IMG/VR virus record: IMGVR_UViG_3300033182_000674 | Location: 62,001-126,000 of that record | DNA length: 64,000 nt | Strand: one strand, 5' to 3' | Part shown: positions 30,730 to 39,425 of the stretch, one piece after another | How positions within the stretch are numbered: position 1 is the first letter of the stretch | How the letters are laid out: each line of letters begins with the position of its first letter | Notes under the pieces: model-generated | Databases searched by the model: none | What the model was told of the DNA's origin: nothing | What the model saw: only the letters and a program-made list of their open reading frames with translations | Translations under genes and position numbers: made by a program

Positions 30730-31732
30730 TTTTATCTCCCTTGGAATTTCTCAATCTAGCAGACTGAGCTCTTTTAATAGTATTAAATGTTTTAGGAACC
30801 TTTGCCGTTGGCTTTGGTTGTATTGACTTTTCGTTACTAGGTAATTGGCCTGGAATAATTTTCTTTAAATCATTTGTATATTCAGGCGTACCAACTTCAT
30901 ATACTTTTTCTTCTAGTGGCTCTACAGCATCTAGCCATTTACGAATAGTCTTACCATCTGATAATTCTAAAATCAGATAATTAGATCCTTTATGTTGCAC
31001 TGTTGCAACTTCTTCGGTTTCTTTAATAACAACTTGATCACCTTTATTGAAAATATCTCCGGTAACAAATTGTTCTCTAATCTGTGAAACAGGTTCCATT
31101 TGAACATGATTTCTAAATTCGGTTTGCTCTTTAAGACCCATACCTTTTCTCACTGCATTAAATAAATCTTTTGAATCTTTATTAGAAAAGTTCTTAGGAA
31201 GACCATGTGAGAATTGAACAAAGTCATTGTCTGCTGCAGCATTTCTTTGTTTGGTTGCAGACGCGCCAGATACATCATCAGAATCTGGATCTCTTTCACC
31301 TGCTGAAATAACCTTAATAGATTTAAAGTTATATAAACCATGACGAGCTTTAACACCATTATATTTGTTTAAAAGCATGTCGAATTCTTTTATACGATCA
31401 TCACCAACAACCATAACTAAATTTACATAGCCTTCTTCAAACATTGAAGTGGCCGCGCCCATAACATTCTTTACGTTCTTATTCATCATAATAAAACGAG
31501 CATGTTTTGGAAACATCTTACGCACAAATTTAACTTTCTCTGTATACGACAAGGGATTCTTTTTAGCGTCCTGTGACTGCGTAAGATAGACACGATATGG
31601 ATTACGTTGTGCTTTAGATGATAATTTATCTAAAAGCATACCATGTCCAATAGTAGGAGGATTCATTCTACCAAGAGTAAAATAAATTGTTTTTTCTTCT
31701 TCTACTAAATATTGTCTGAAGGAATTAATCAT
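30716..31732 (-). CDS. HxGH-type nucleotidyltransferase (cytidylyltransferase-like) with C-terminal SH3/KOW-like domain
   Basis: GRMNPPTIGH, KNPL, VVG.DR and SATK.R motifs; N-terminus MINSFRQYLVEE. Confidence 0.8.
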   Translation of the reverse strand: MINSFRQYLVEEEKTIYFTLGRMNPPTIGHGMLLDKLSSKAQRNPYRVYLTQSQDAKKNPLSYTEKVKFVRKMFPKHARFIMMNKNVKNVMGAATSMFEEGYVNLVMVVGDDRIKEFDMLLNKYNGVKARHGLYNFKSIKVISAGERDPDSDDVSGASATKQRNAAADNDFVQFSHGLPKNFSNKDSKDLFNAVRKGMGLKEQTEFRNHVQMEPVSQIREQFVTGDIFNKGDQVVIKETEEVATVQHKGSNYLILELSDGKTIRKWLDAVEPLEEKVYEVGTPEYTNDLKKIIPGQLPSNEKSIQPKPTAKVPKTFNTIKRAQSARLRNSKGDKNVSR

Positions 31733-32169
31733 TTCGAACCGCCACCCCTTTTTCTGGCTAACTCAGCTTTACGAATCTTAGGTAGTAGTTTCTTTGCAAT
31801 ACGATCTATTCTACCGCCCATTCTTTCGAGTTTCTTTTCAATTTCCTGCTTACGAGCGTATGTCAATTCGCTCTTAGGAATTCCTTTAGTAATTTTCTTA
31901 AGGACTAAATTTCTTGCTGCACGTCTAGAACGTTTCTTTAGCACAGGCAAAGATGCAACTCTTCGCTTAGCTCTTAAACGTCCCATGCGAATCTTTGATT
32001 TGTTTTTACGGAGAGAACGAGCACGCTTTAAACGTTGTTGTAAACTAAGCGCTTCGCCAACAGGACCGCCGCCAAGGCCTCTACGCTTTCTACGTTGTGC
32101 TCTATAATTCATGAAGTCGTCTTCACCTGCAAGAGTATCGACGACAGTTAAGTCTTTAAAATCTAACAT
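31729..32169 (-). CDS. Extremely Arg/Lys-rich protein, possible DNA-condensing internal protein
   Basis: Composition; VGEAL possible processing site. Confidence 0.6.
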   Translation of the reverse strand: MLDFKDLTVVDTLAGEDDFMNYRAQRRKRRGLGGGPVGEALSLQQRLKRARSLRKNKSKIRMGRLRAKRRVASLPVLKKRSRRAARNLVLKKITKGIPKSELTYARKQEIEKKLERMGGRIDRIAKKLLPKIRKAELARKRGGGSK

Positions 32170-33395
32170 TAGTTTCTTCCTGGTTTATCCCATCCCTTTA
32201 ATACATCTGGCGAAAAGTTGTTGTATGAAAATTCCAATCTGTCAACAATCTTTACCGCGTCACCACCAAGTCTATCGATAGCAACATAACCTTCATGGCC
32301 TGTTACCTTAAAACCGTCCTTAGTTTTCACAAACGTATCGATAGTTTTCATCTTATTAAGTATATTTATAAGCTTTAACTTGACTTCTACTATTAATTTT
32401 TGCAAGTCAAACATCTTTTTAAGATTAGCTTTATTGCTATCACTAAAGAATAAAAGTAACTCATCTAACTTTTTTTGTTTAGATGCTTTACCTTTATCTG
32501 ATTTCATTTTTTCTTTTTCTGCTAGAACTTTTTGAATAATCCATTTAATAAGACCATTTACATGTCTTGTTGTATTTGTAATTGATTGACCAGCTCTAAC
32601 ATGAGTATTATTATATTGTTCAATCATTCTAGGTAATTCAGGATGCGCTTGTAATTGTTTTAGAGTAGTACTAGAAATTTGATTAAAGAGTTTACCAATC
32701 ATAGTTAATTTTTTATTAACATCATCAGTATCTCTTTTCGTCATAGTAATATTAGTCATATCTCTAAGCATTGCATCTTGTGACCACACATTAGCAGATT
32801 TTTTAAACTTACTAACATCTACACCGTATGAAGCTTTCATTGATTCGAAAGTACTTCCCGTATAAGTAGTATGCCATACAATACCAATCTTTGCACGTTT
32901 AATTTCTCTAGCGCCAGGTGATTTTGCTGGTACTGCGTAAATGATCGTATTAGGATGGAAAGTTAAATAGCTTTCACCATCAATAGTTTCAGTACTTAAA
33001 TCTGATTTTGAGAATAGAAAATCACCTTGTACAACACCTTTAATTCCTAGCTCTGGTAAATATTGTAGTGCTGCTTTAAGTTTATCTGAGAGGTCACCAG
33101 AGGTGTCTGCATCCACTTCTTCGGGTGTTTTATAGACCTTAGGGTTCTTATTAAAGATACCTTTCTTAGCTACAAAGAATTTACCATCAGATGGATCAAT
33201 ACCAGCAAATACGGCAGGAGCGCCGTCCCACTTAACACTAACAGAACCGCCATGACCACCAAGCATATTTCTCAAATCTCTAAGAGCAAAGATTGCTTCA
33301 CGGACACCATTCACGCCACCATATAATACTCTATCCTCAATATGAGTCATATGAGTATTTTTCTGTTCGTTAAGTGTTTGACTAAATGTTTTCAT
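32169..33395 (-). CDS. Ligase-fold nucleotidyltransferase-like protein (DUF6267-like)
   Basis: KWDG (motif I), VQGDF (III), EGYV (IV), VKIVDR (V); N-terminus MKTFSQTLNE; late promoter at 33447. Confidence 0.65.
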   Translation of the reverse strand: MKTFSQTLNEQKNTHMTHIEDRVLYGGVNGVREAIFALRDLRNMLGGHGGSVSVKWDGAPAVFAGIDPSDGKFFVAKKGIFNKNPKVYKTPEEVDADTSGDLSDKLKAALQYLPELGIKGVVQGDFLFSKSDLSTETIDGESYLTFHPNTIIYAVPAKSPGAREIKRAKIGIVWHTTYTGSTFESMKASYGVDVSKFKKSANVWSQDAMLRDMTNITMTKRDTDDVNKKLTMIGKLFNQISSTTLKQLQAHPELPRMIEQYNNTHVRAGQSITNTTRHVNGLIKWIIQKVLAEKEKMKSDKGKASKQKKLDELLLFFSDSNKANLKKMFDLQKLIVEVKLKLINILNKMKTIDTFVKTKDGFKVTGHEGYVAIDRLGGDAVKIVDRLEFSYNNFSPDVLKGWDKPGRN

Positions 33396-33460
33396 TCATT
33401 ATCCACCAAAAATACTAATACCTTGTTGTTTTAATAATTATACTACTATTTATATAAATT

Positions 33461-33486
33461 AAAAAAGGAGCCGAAGCTCCTTTTTT
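33461..33486 (-). terminator. Rho-independent terminator with UUCG tetraloop
   Basis: Minus strand AAAAAAGGAGC-TTCG-GCTCCTTTTTT directly after the DUF932 stop; likely bidirectional. Confidence 0.92.
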
Positions 33487-33487
33487 A

Positions 33488-34441
33488 TTAAGCTGCTGTG
33501 GCAAATTTGACTGCCTCTTCAGCGGCTTGGACTTTACGTCGTTGGTTATTACCAAACCATTGACTATGTAGTCGATTCTCTGCATTTCGACCTTGCACGT
33601 GGTCAGTAATATAAGTTACTGAATTAAGTGCTTGCCACCACGAACCTTCTGCAAAGTTAGCACCAGGTTGAGTCTCAAGAACGTCAAATGCTTGTTGTGC
33701 AGAACGTGAAAGATCATCATATGTTTTAACAACCTTTTCACCTTTACGCGATGTTGAAGGGAATACTTGGTTATAGTATTGAATCAATGCATCCATATCG
33801 AAACGTTTCTTACCAAGGAATTCAGCCATCTCTTTGTACTTAGCAAACTTTTCATGTGCAATACCAAGAGTCTCTTTTACAGTATCTGCGTTAAATTCAG
33901 TACGGTGACCAACTTTAACTGCACGTTGTGCTTGCTCATTTAGTGACATTGTCAAAGTATTATTACATACCACACGGATAGGTGTGAAACGAATATCAAT
34001 TGACTTACCATATTGGTGTGGATTAGAGAACAAGAGATATGAATCAACTTGGTCACCACCAAAGATATCAAATGACTCTTTAACTTTTGCAAGAGCCCAT
34101 ACAACTTGTCCATCACGAAGTGAACCCGCTGTATGCATTTCCATATCACCTGCAAGTACATATTCATTAAAGAAGTCAAATGCTTCTTCATTTTGTACTG
34201 GCTTCCAATCTTTACCAACGTTAGTTAGGATACGACCGTCTGTTGAACGAACCAAAGACTTTTGACCAGTTGGAATACGATCACCTTTGAATTCAACAAA
34301 TGATTCTACTTCTTCAACACCCCAATCAACACCAGCTTTTTGCATCATTTGAGCTGGAGTTAGATCATTACTAACTGATACACCAAGACCATGCCAAGGG
34401 ACCTGACCTGCGTATGCCATTGTTTCTACCATATGTGCCAT
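33488..34441 (-). CDS. DUF932 / phage-plasmid-like protein
   Basis: MAH.VETMAY....PWHGLG, VQN.EAF.F, TAGSL..G..VW.LA, TPIRVVCNNTL motifs. Confidence 0.85.
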   Translation of the reverse strand: MAHMVETMAYAGQVPWHGLGVSVSNDLTPAQMMQKAGVDWGVEEVESFVEFKGDRIPTGQKSLVRSTDGRILTNVGKDWKPVQNEEAFDFFNEYVLAGDMEMHTAGSLRDGQVVWALAKVKESFDIFGGDQVDSYLLFSNPHQYGKSIDIRFTPIRVVCNNTLTMSLNEQAQRAVKVGHRTEFNADTVKETLGIAHEKFAKYKEMAEFLGKKRFDMDALIQYYNQVFPSTSRKGEKVVKTYDDLSRSAQQAFDVLETQPGANFAEGSWWQALNSVTYITDHVQGRNAENRLHSQWFGNNQRRKVQAAEEAVKFATAA

Positions 34442-34452
34442 ATTATTTCTCC

Positions 34453-34845
34453 TTAGTGAGTTTTAGCGGCTTTGGTGGAAGATAATACCACCCAATTAGG
34501 ATTAGAATAGCGATCAAATACAAACCACTTTCCATCTTTAAATAAGTAAGCAAATTCTGCACCATAATTAGTCATATTTGCTTCAAGATCTGCTTCACTA
34601 TCAAAATATTCTGGATCATCTTTATTTGCATGCTGATCCGGATCAAGATTAGCTTTCATTGTATCATGCAATGAAGATAGGTAACCTAGATCTGCAAGAG
34701 TAAAAGCAGATTCTTCATCATTGAAGTTACGAAGAAGAGTAGTACCTACACCTTCAAGATAACCATCATAGTGACAATAAGTGGCAACTACACCACCACC
34801 ATTTTCTTGATTAAATTCTGCTGCAATAATTGAACGAGTAGCCAT
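34453..34845 (-). CDS. Conserved phage early hypothetical protein
   Basis: MATRS.I...YCHYDGYLEGVG..L and EFAYLF.DG.W motifs; GGAG RBS. Confidence 0.7.
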   Translation of the reverse strand: MATRSIIAAEFNQENGGGVVATYCHYDGYLEGVGTTLLRNFNDEESAFTLADLGYLSSLHDTMKANLDPDQHANKDDPEYFDSEADLEANMTNYGAEFAYLFKDGKWFVFDRYSNPNWVVLSSTKAAKTH

Positions 34846-34863
34846 GATAAATTCTCCTTAAGA

Positions 34864-35196
34864 TTAACGACGGTGGATGTAAGCATCAACACGATCAGCA
34901 CATGAGATTGGTAAACTCATCGCTACACGTGATTTGATATACCAATCTGGGACTGTATTACCGTGTTTTTTACGATAATATTCTTTGCAACGTTCAAAAC
35001 GATTTTTGCCACGTCCTTGACATTTAACATAGAATTGATAATCCATACCTGCATTACGAAGTGAACGATTCATATATTTGACAATGTTACGAACTTCGTC
35101 CAACTGCTGCATATCTGCTACAGAATTACAGTCGAAAGTACCAACATATGCGTTACTACGATTTTTATCCATTTTAATACCCATAATATTCACCAA
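34864..35196 (-). CDS. Hypothetical early protein
   Basis: ORF within the early cassette. Confidence 0.6.
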   Translation of the reverse strand: MVNIMGIKMDKNRSNAYVGTFDCNSVADMQQLDEVRNIVKYMNRSLRNAGMDYQFYVKCQGRGKNRFERCKEYYRKKHGNTVPDWYIKSRVAMSLPISCADRVDAYIHRR

Positions 35197-35526
35197 TTAA
35201 AAGTTGTAGTCATAGTATTTGTAAGGTTCGTCAGCAAGAACAAACTCGCTGTTTTTGTAACCAAACAATTCTTTGTTACGATATTTCTGTTTCTTTTTAC
35301 GACGAAGACGAATAACTTCGTTGTTTTCATTAGAAGAGAAAATCCATTTCTGTTCGTGATCATTAGTACAATAGCCTGAATAACCGCCAACAATAAATTC
35401 TGGTTTAAAAGAAGGATCAAGTTCAGCATCTAATTGACGAACTTCGATAGTTTTGTCTGAGATTACTCGAATAACTTCATAAGCTTCACGGTCTGTATAA
35501 CCAAGATATGTTGCGAACTTTTTCAT
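35197..35526 (-). CDS. Hypothetical early protein
   Basis: First ORF after the 35558-35586 promoter; ends YYDYNF. Confidence 0.65.
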   Translation of the reverse strand: MKKFATYLGYTDREAYEVIRVISDKTIEVRQLDAELDPSFKPEFIVGGYSGYCTNDHEQKWIFSSNENNEVIRLRRKKKQKYRNKELFGYKNSEFVLADEPYKYYDYNF

Positions 35527-35546
35527 AATTTCTATCCTTTTTCCAA

Positions 35547-35666
35547 TTTATGGTTATATTATAAGCTAATTCTTCTTAAATGTACACAGTTTTTTTCATT
35601 TTTTTGAAAAGAATTTTTGCTTTAGAATCAATGGCTTGCGTAAGAGAAGGCTCTAAGCCATTGATT
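35547..35666 (-). promoter_or_regulatory. Strong early promoter (TGTACA-17-TATAAT, A-tract UP element) with two inverted IHF-consensus sites
   Basis: -10 at 35558-35563, -35 at 35581-35586; WATCAANNNNTTR at 35626-35638 (+) and 35654-35666 (-); near-identical copy at 50524-50605. Confidence 0.8.
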
Positions 35667-35733
35667 TATAAGGATATTTTATTTTTTAATGGATATGTGA
35701 TTTATGATTAAAATCTTTAATAATGAGAGAAAG

Positions 35734-36030
35734 TAGCAGGGTTTTGGGTGATAAGGAAACCCTGCTAGAACCTCAGATGGATCATGCTGCTAGAGCATAA
35801 CCACCATAAACGTCATCGTTTGCGTTTACTTTAAATGACAGTTAGGCTGTCTAGCCATTCTCAGTAATGCTTTCAAAACCCTGTCGAAACTGATCATCCC
35901 CGCCATAAGCACACCCTGCGTAGTCTTCAAACGTACTCGTCGAACCTTACTGCGCCTGACGGGTGTGCTTATGGTGGAGATGGTGGGAATCGCACCCACG
36001 TCCAGAGCTCCTATTGACATTACGTCAACG
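35734..36030 (-). ncRNA. ssrA: Circularly permuted two-piece tmRNA
   Basis: Acceptor piece with T-arm GTGGG-TGCGATT-CCCAC and CATCTCC-ACCA ending at 35972; 70 nt intervening hairpin; coding piece starting GGGGATG at 35901 (G3.U70 pair); tag frame 35823-35782 = ANDDVYGGYALAA*; terminal hairpin 35734-35767. Confidence 0.93.
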
Positions 36031-36159
36031 AATTAATTGCATCATTTCTGCTGTGACAAAAATAACTTTGCCTAAAAGAAATGTTGCTGCAACCCACAAA
36101 ATCACATAGCACCAACAGCAACTACATGATCCTATGGATTTAAACCATTTATCAAGCAT
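36025..36159 (-). CDS. Small Cys-rich membrane peptide (44 aa)
   Basis: MLDKWFKSIGSCSCCWCYVILWVAATFLLGKVIFVTAEMMQLIR; start overlaps the end of the upstream gene. Confidence 0.45.
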   Translation of the reverse strand: MLDKWFKSIGSCSCCWCYVILWVAATFLLGKVIFVTAEMMQLIR

Positions 36160-36421
36160 CTTTCTTAGAAGCAGTCTTTTTCTTAGTAGTCTTCTTCTTA
36201 GTCGTTGCTTTCTTTTTGGTTGTCTTTTTAGCTGGTGCTTTCTTAGCAGGTTCAGCTGCTTTATCTGCTGCTGTAGCTGGACCAACTTTACCTTTCATTT
36301 GTACATTATGTACGTTAGGTGCTTTATGATTCATATCAACAGGCTTATTGCGATATTTTACAAGCATTGAAATTACCAAAGCTGCAACTACCACACCAAC
36401 AATAATTAATAATGTATCCAT
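36152..36421 (-). CDS. Membrane-anchored protein with histone-like Lys/Ala/Thr tail
   Basis: N-terminal TM helix followed by PAKKAPAKKTTKKK repeats; AGGAG RBS; promoter at 36452-36480. Confidence 0.7.
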   Translation of the reverse strand: MDTLLIIVGVVVAALVISMLVKYRNKPVDMNHKAPNVHNVQMKGKVGPATAADKAAEPAKKAPAKKTTKKKATTKKKTTKKKTASKKDA

Positions 36422-36451
36422 AATAATTTAACTCCTTTCGATATATGGTAT

Positions 36452-36480
36452 ATTATATATCATTTTCTCTGTAATGTAAA
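36452..36480 (-). promoter_or_regulatory. Sigma70-like promoter, probably also driving the tmRNA
   Basis: gTTTACA-17 bp-TATAAT. Confidence 0.75.
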
Positions 36481-36864
36481 CTACTTTTTAGTAGCGTTTT
36501 CCATCAAATATTCAACTTTCTCTTTAAGATCGTCAAGCATTTTTTGATGTTCTTCTAACAAAAGTTCAGTACTTAATACTAAATCATTTGCTTGGTTTAA
36601 TTCTGATAACATAATATCAGAACCATATGTGATATAATCAGACATATCAACAATATTTTGTACAGCATCATCTGAAATATAAACAGTTCCACCTGCATCA
36701 AAATCACAATTTATTTCATAATCATCTAATGAAACTGTGTATGTAGCATCAGCAGAATATTGATCTGGCCAATATGTTGTAGTTGCACCATATGTTTCAC
36801 TTAGATCAATAGTAATAGTTGTACCATCTACAGTAATGATATCGTCATCTTTATCTTTACTCAT
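36481..36864 (-). CDS. Acidic hypothetical protein
   Basis: 127 aa ORF with GGAG RBS. Confidence 0.6.
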   Translation of the reverse strand: MSKDKDDDIITVDGTTITIDLSETYGATTTYWPDQYSADATYTVSLDDYEINCDFDAGGTVYISDDAVQNIVDMSDYITYGSDIMLSELNQANDLVLSTELLLEEHQKMLDDLKEKVEYLMENATKK

Positions 36865-36873
36865 AGTATTCTC

Positions 36874-37149
36874 CTATACATTATCGTGTACATATAGCTG
36901 TAAAAGAGCATAATGAAGTACTTTCATCATATCCTTTTTAGCATCTTCTTTGGTGCCTTTATTACCATATCTTTGGGCGTACTTTAAGATATTACCAACA
37001 AAGAAACCAGCTCCGTGGCCAGCATCAACTATAACTTCACTGGCTTGTATATTACCTTGAGCATAGTGTTGTCCATAAGTTGCGTTAATGTAATCACTAA
37101 GCTCTTTAATATATTTATCTTCGTTGAATTTATAATTTATATTAGCCAT
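36874..37149 (-). CDS. DUF3310-like conserved phage protein
   Basis: YI..TY..HY, GF..GNI.KYA.RYG.K, D..K..HYA motifs. Confidence 0.7.
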   Translation of the reverse strand: MANINYKFNEDKYIKELSDYINATYGQHYAQGNIQASEVIVDAGHGAGFFVGNILKYAQRYGNKGTKEDAKKDMMKVLHYALLQLYVHDNV

Positions 37150-37358
37150 TAGTAGGCAATCTCCTTAATTCCTAAGGTCCAATTTTCAGCAGCATCTTGT
37201 ACGTAATGTTGACTTTTTCCTGGAAAATTTTCAGTAAAAAATACTTTTCCTTCCGAATTAGCATATTCGATAAAATATTCACCATCTTCAAAGGTATGTA
37301 CTACTCTTGCTTCTTCACCTTTTTCAGTATAATATACACTTACGACATCTCTATGCAT
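37149..37358 (-). CDS. Hypothetical protein
   Basis: Start reassigned to ATG at 37358 (AGGAG RBS); KS..YV.DAAENW motif. Confidence 0.6.
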   Translation of the reverse strand: MHRDVVSVYYTEKGEEARVVHTFEDGEYFIEYANSEGKVFFTENFPGKSQHYVQDAAENWTLGIKEIAY

Positions 37359-37368
37359 AGCTATGCTC

Positions 37369-38055
37369 CTATTCTGATATAAAATCATTTGCCATAGGGA
37401 ATACCTCAGCAATCACCTTGGCACATTCTCTTGCAAGTTCCATATGCTCTTTTTGAGTTCCATGACCAGATCGCAATTGGATATAATGTACCCAACTACG
37501 AAGAGTTCCATTGACATACAATCTAGACTTAGTTAAACCTTCTGGTAAAACAACTCTAGCTTGTTCTTTTGCAATACCATTATGGATTGCCCATTCATAT
37601 GCTTCTTTAGCAGCATCAATAACTCTTTTCTGATGTTGTTCAAAAAGATAAGCTAACTTTTGATCATCAGTTGGAATAGAGTTTTGACGATTATTATAAT
37701 CTTGTAGACGACATTCACGTGTTACAAATTGATCACCAAACTCTGCTGGATCTGCATAACGTTGTGAAAATTCTTGGAATGAAAAAGATCTATGACGGAG
37801 TAATTGACGAGCAATATCTCTAGTAGTATCTACTTCAATACAAGCGCTTACCATCTCTAATGGAGACCAATGAGCATGCTTAATAAGATAATTAATAAGC
37901 TTTTCTGAAGTTTCAATATTATATTGATTATTAGGATTAGATACTCTAGCTGCAAATGCAATCAACTCTTGAACATTATTCATTTGTTCAGATAGATTGT
38001 CATCAAATACATCTTTATGTAATTGTGAGTAACTTATAAGTTTTGCTTTCATCAT
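37369..38055 (-). CDS. thyX: FAD-dependent thymidylate synthase
   Basis: RHRSFSFQEFSQRY ThyX signature, H.SP.E, EQAR.VLP. Confidence 0.95.
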   Translation of the reverse strand: MMKAKLISYSQLHKDVFDDNLSEQMNNVQELIAFAARVSNPNNQYNIETSEKLINYLIKHAHWSPLEMVSACIEVDTTRDIARQLLRHRSFSFQEFSQRYADPAEFGDQFVTRECRLQDYNNRQNSIPTDDQKLAYLFEQHQKRVIDAAKEAYEWAIHNGIAKEQARVVLPEGLTKSRLYVNGTLRSWVHYIQLRSGHGTQKEHMELARECAKVIAEVFPMANDFISE

Positions 38056-39425
38056 AATTTAAAATCCGTAAATTTGCTATCATCTGGAGAAGGTTGCTTT
38101 TGATAAACTGGTGTATCATCAACTAATGTTTGTTCACCTTCATCAACATCATACAATCTCATTTTAGATCGGTCAACACCAATAACAAAACGTTTCTTGT
38201 ACGTTGGATCATTATATCTATTCTTCAATTGTTTTACTGCAATTTGACCCATATTCTCAAGTTCTTCAGTTGAAACAATCGCAAACATTAAATCGGCTGT
38301 AGCAGGTAGACCAAATGATTCTGAAGTATCTTCAAGACCAACATCAGTATTACCATAACCAGAACGAGTTGTTTGTGTGGCTGACATAATTGGTGCATCA
38401 AACTCTACAGCAAGACCACGTAGTTCTTCAGCGATTGCTTTGATATAACTATAAGAGTTAATAGAACCACCCATACCTTTCATACGAGATGAAGCACAGA
38501 TGTTTAAGTAATCAATAAAGATAATATCTGGTTTGAATGATTTCTTAAGTTGTAATTCATTCAATAAAGCTCTAAAGTGGCTAGCATGTGCTTGGCCAGT
38601 TGGATATTCTTTAATGATTAATTTACCATTAGTCTTATTAGAAATATCTCTTACTTTATCAGAGAACATATCTTTGGTCAAGTTTTCAAGTTGATCAATA
38701 GGTACATTTAGTAAGTTAGCATCGATACGTTCTGCGATACGTTCTTCTGCCATTTCCATAGTTATATATAAAACATTCTTGCTCTGAGACAAAACCGCGG
38801 CAGCATGATGACACATAAACAATGACTTACCCACACCAGTACCAGCAAGGATAATATTCAACGATTTCTTTGGCAAACCACCTTTTGTAATAAGATTGAA
38901 GTAATTCAAATCGAAAGGTAAACGTTCTTCATCACGATGATAGAATTCAAAACGTTCTTGATAATTTTCTAAGTAGTCGTGACCAACGTTATTATCAAAT
39001 GAAACCGCAAGAGCTTTTGTTAAAATGTCTGGTAATGAATTCTTAGTAAGAGTGTTGTGTTTACCATCAATAATCTGAATAGATTCCATAACCGCATTAT
39101 ACAATGCACGATCTTGACACCATTTTTCAGTCGTATCATATAACCATGTCTTATCAGTTTCTTCATGAGCAAAAAGATTAGGAAGTACTTCTACTGCATG
39201 GCTATATTGTTCTTCATTCAAATTTTCAAGATTATCAATTTCAATCTTAAACGCTTCAGCTGTTGGTAGTTTATTATACTTACCAACAAACTTACCAGCT
39301 TCTTTAAATAAAATTTTGTATACACCTTCAAAATAATCAGGTTTAATGAAAGGCAAAACCTTTCTCATATATTCTTCATTGGTAAGAATATTTTTTAATA
39401 CAACTTGTTCGATATTTGTGTTCAA
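38052..39425 (-). CDS. 41: Replicative DNA helicase gp41
   Basis: AGTGVGKS, EMAEERIAERIDAN, IDYLNIC, SESFGLPATAD. Confidence 0.96.
   Translation of the reverse strand: MNTNIEQVVLKNILTNEEYMRKVLPFIKPDYFEGVYKILFKEAGKFVGKYNKLPTAEAFKIEIDNLENLNEEQYSHAVEVLPNLFAHEETDKTWLYDTTEKWCQDRALYNAVMESIQIIDGKHNTLTKNSLPDILTKALAVSFDNNVGHDYLENYQERFEFYHRDEERLPFDLNYFNLITKGGLPKKSLNIILAGTGVGKSLFMCHHAAAVLSQSKNVLYITMEMAEERIAERIDANLLNVPIDQLENLTKDMFSDKVRDISNKTNGKLIIKEYPTGQAHASHFRALLNELQLKKSFKPDIIFIDYLNICASSRMKGMGGSINSYSYIKAIAEELRGLAVEFDAPIMSATQTTRSGYGNTDVGLEDTSESFGLPATADLMFAIVSTEELENMGQIAVKQLKNRYNDPTYKKRFVIGVDRSKMRLYDVDEGEQTLVDDTPVYQKQPSPDDSKFTDFKL

Noticed and set aside
35547-35700. CRISPR array or att site suggested by the short repeats
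   Set aside because: Only two or three dispersed copies, no regular spacers, no cas or integrase gene; explained as promoter/IHF motifs
35972-36005. Stand-alone tRNA
   Set aside because: Only a T-arm and 3' acceptor strand are present, with no anticodon arm; it is the tmRNA acceptor piece
35826-36020. 64 aa minus-strand ORF
   Set aside because: Lies wholly within the tmRNA gene; the RNA structure explains the sequence
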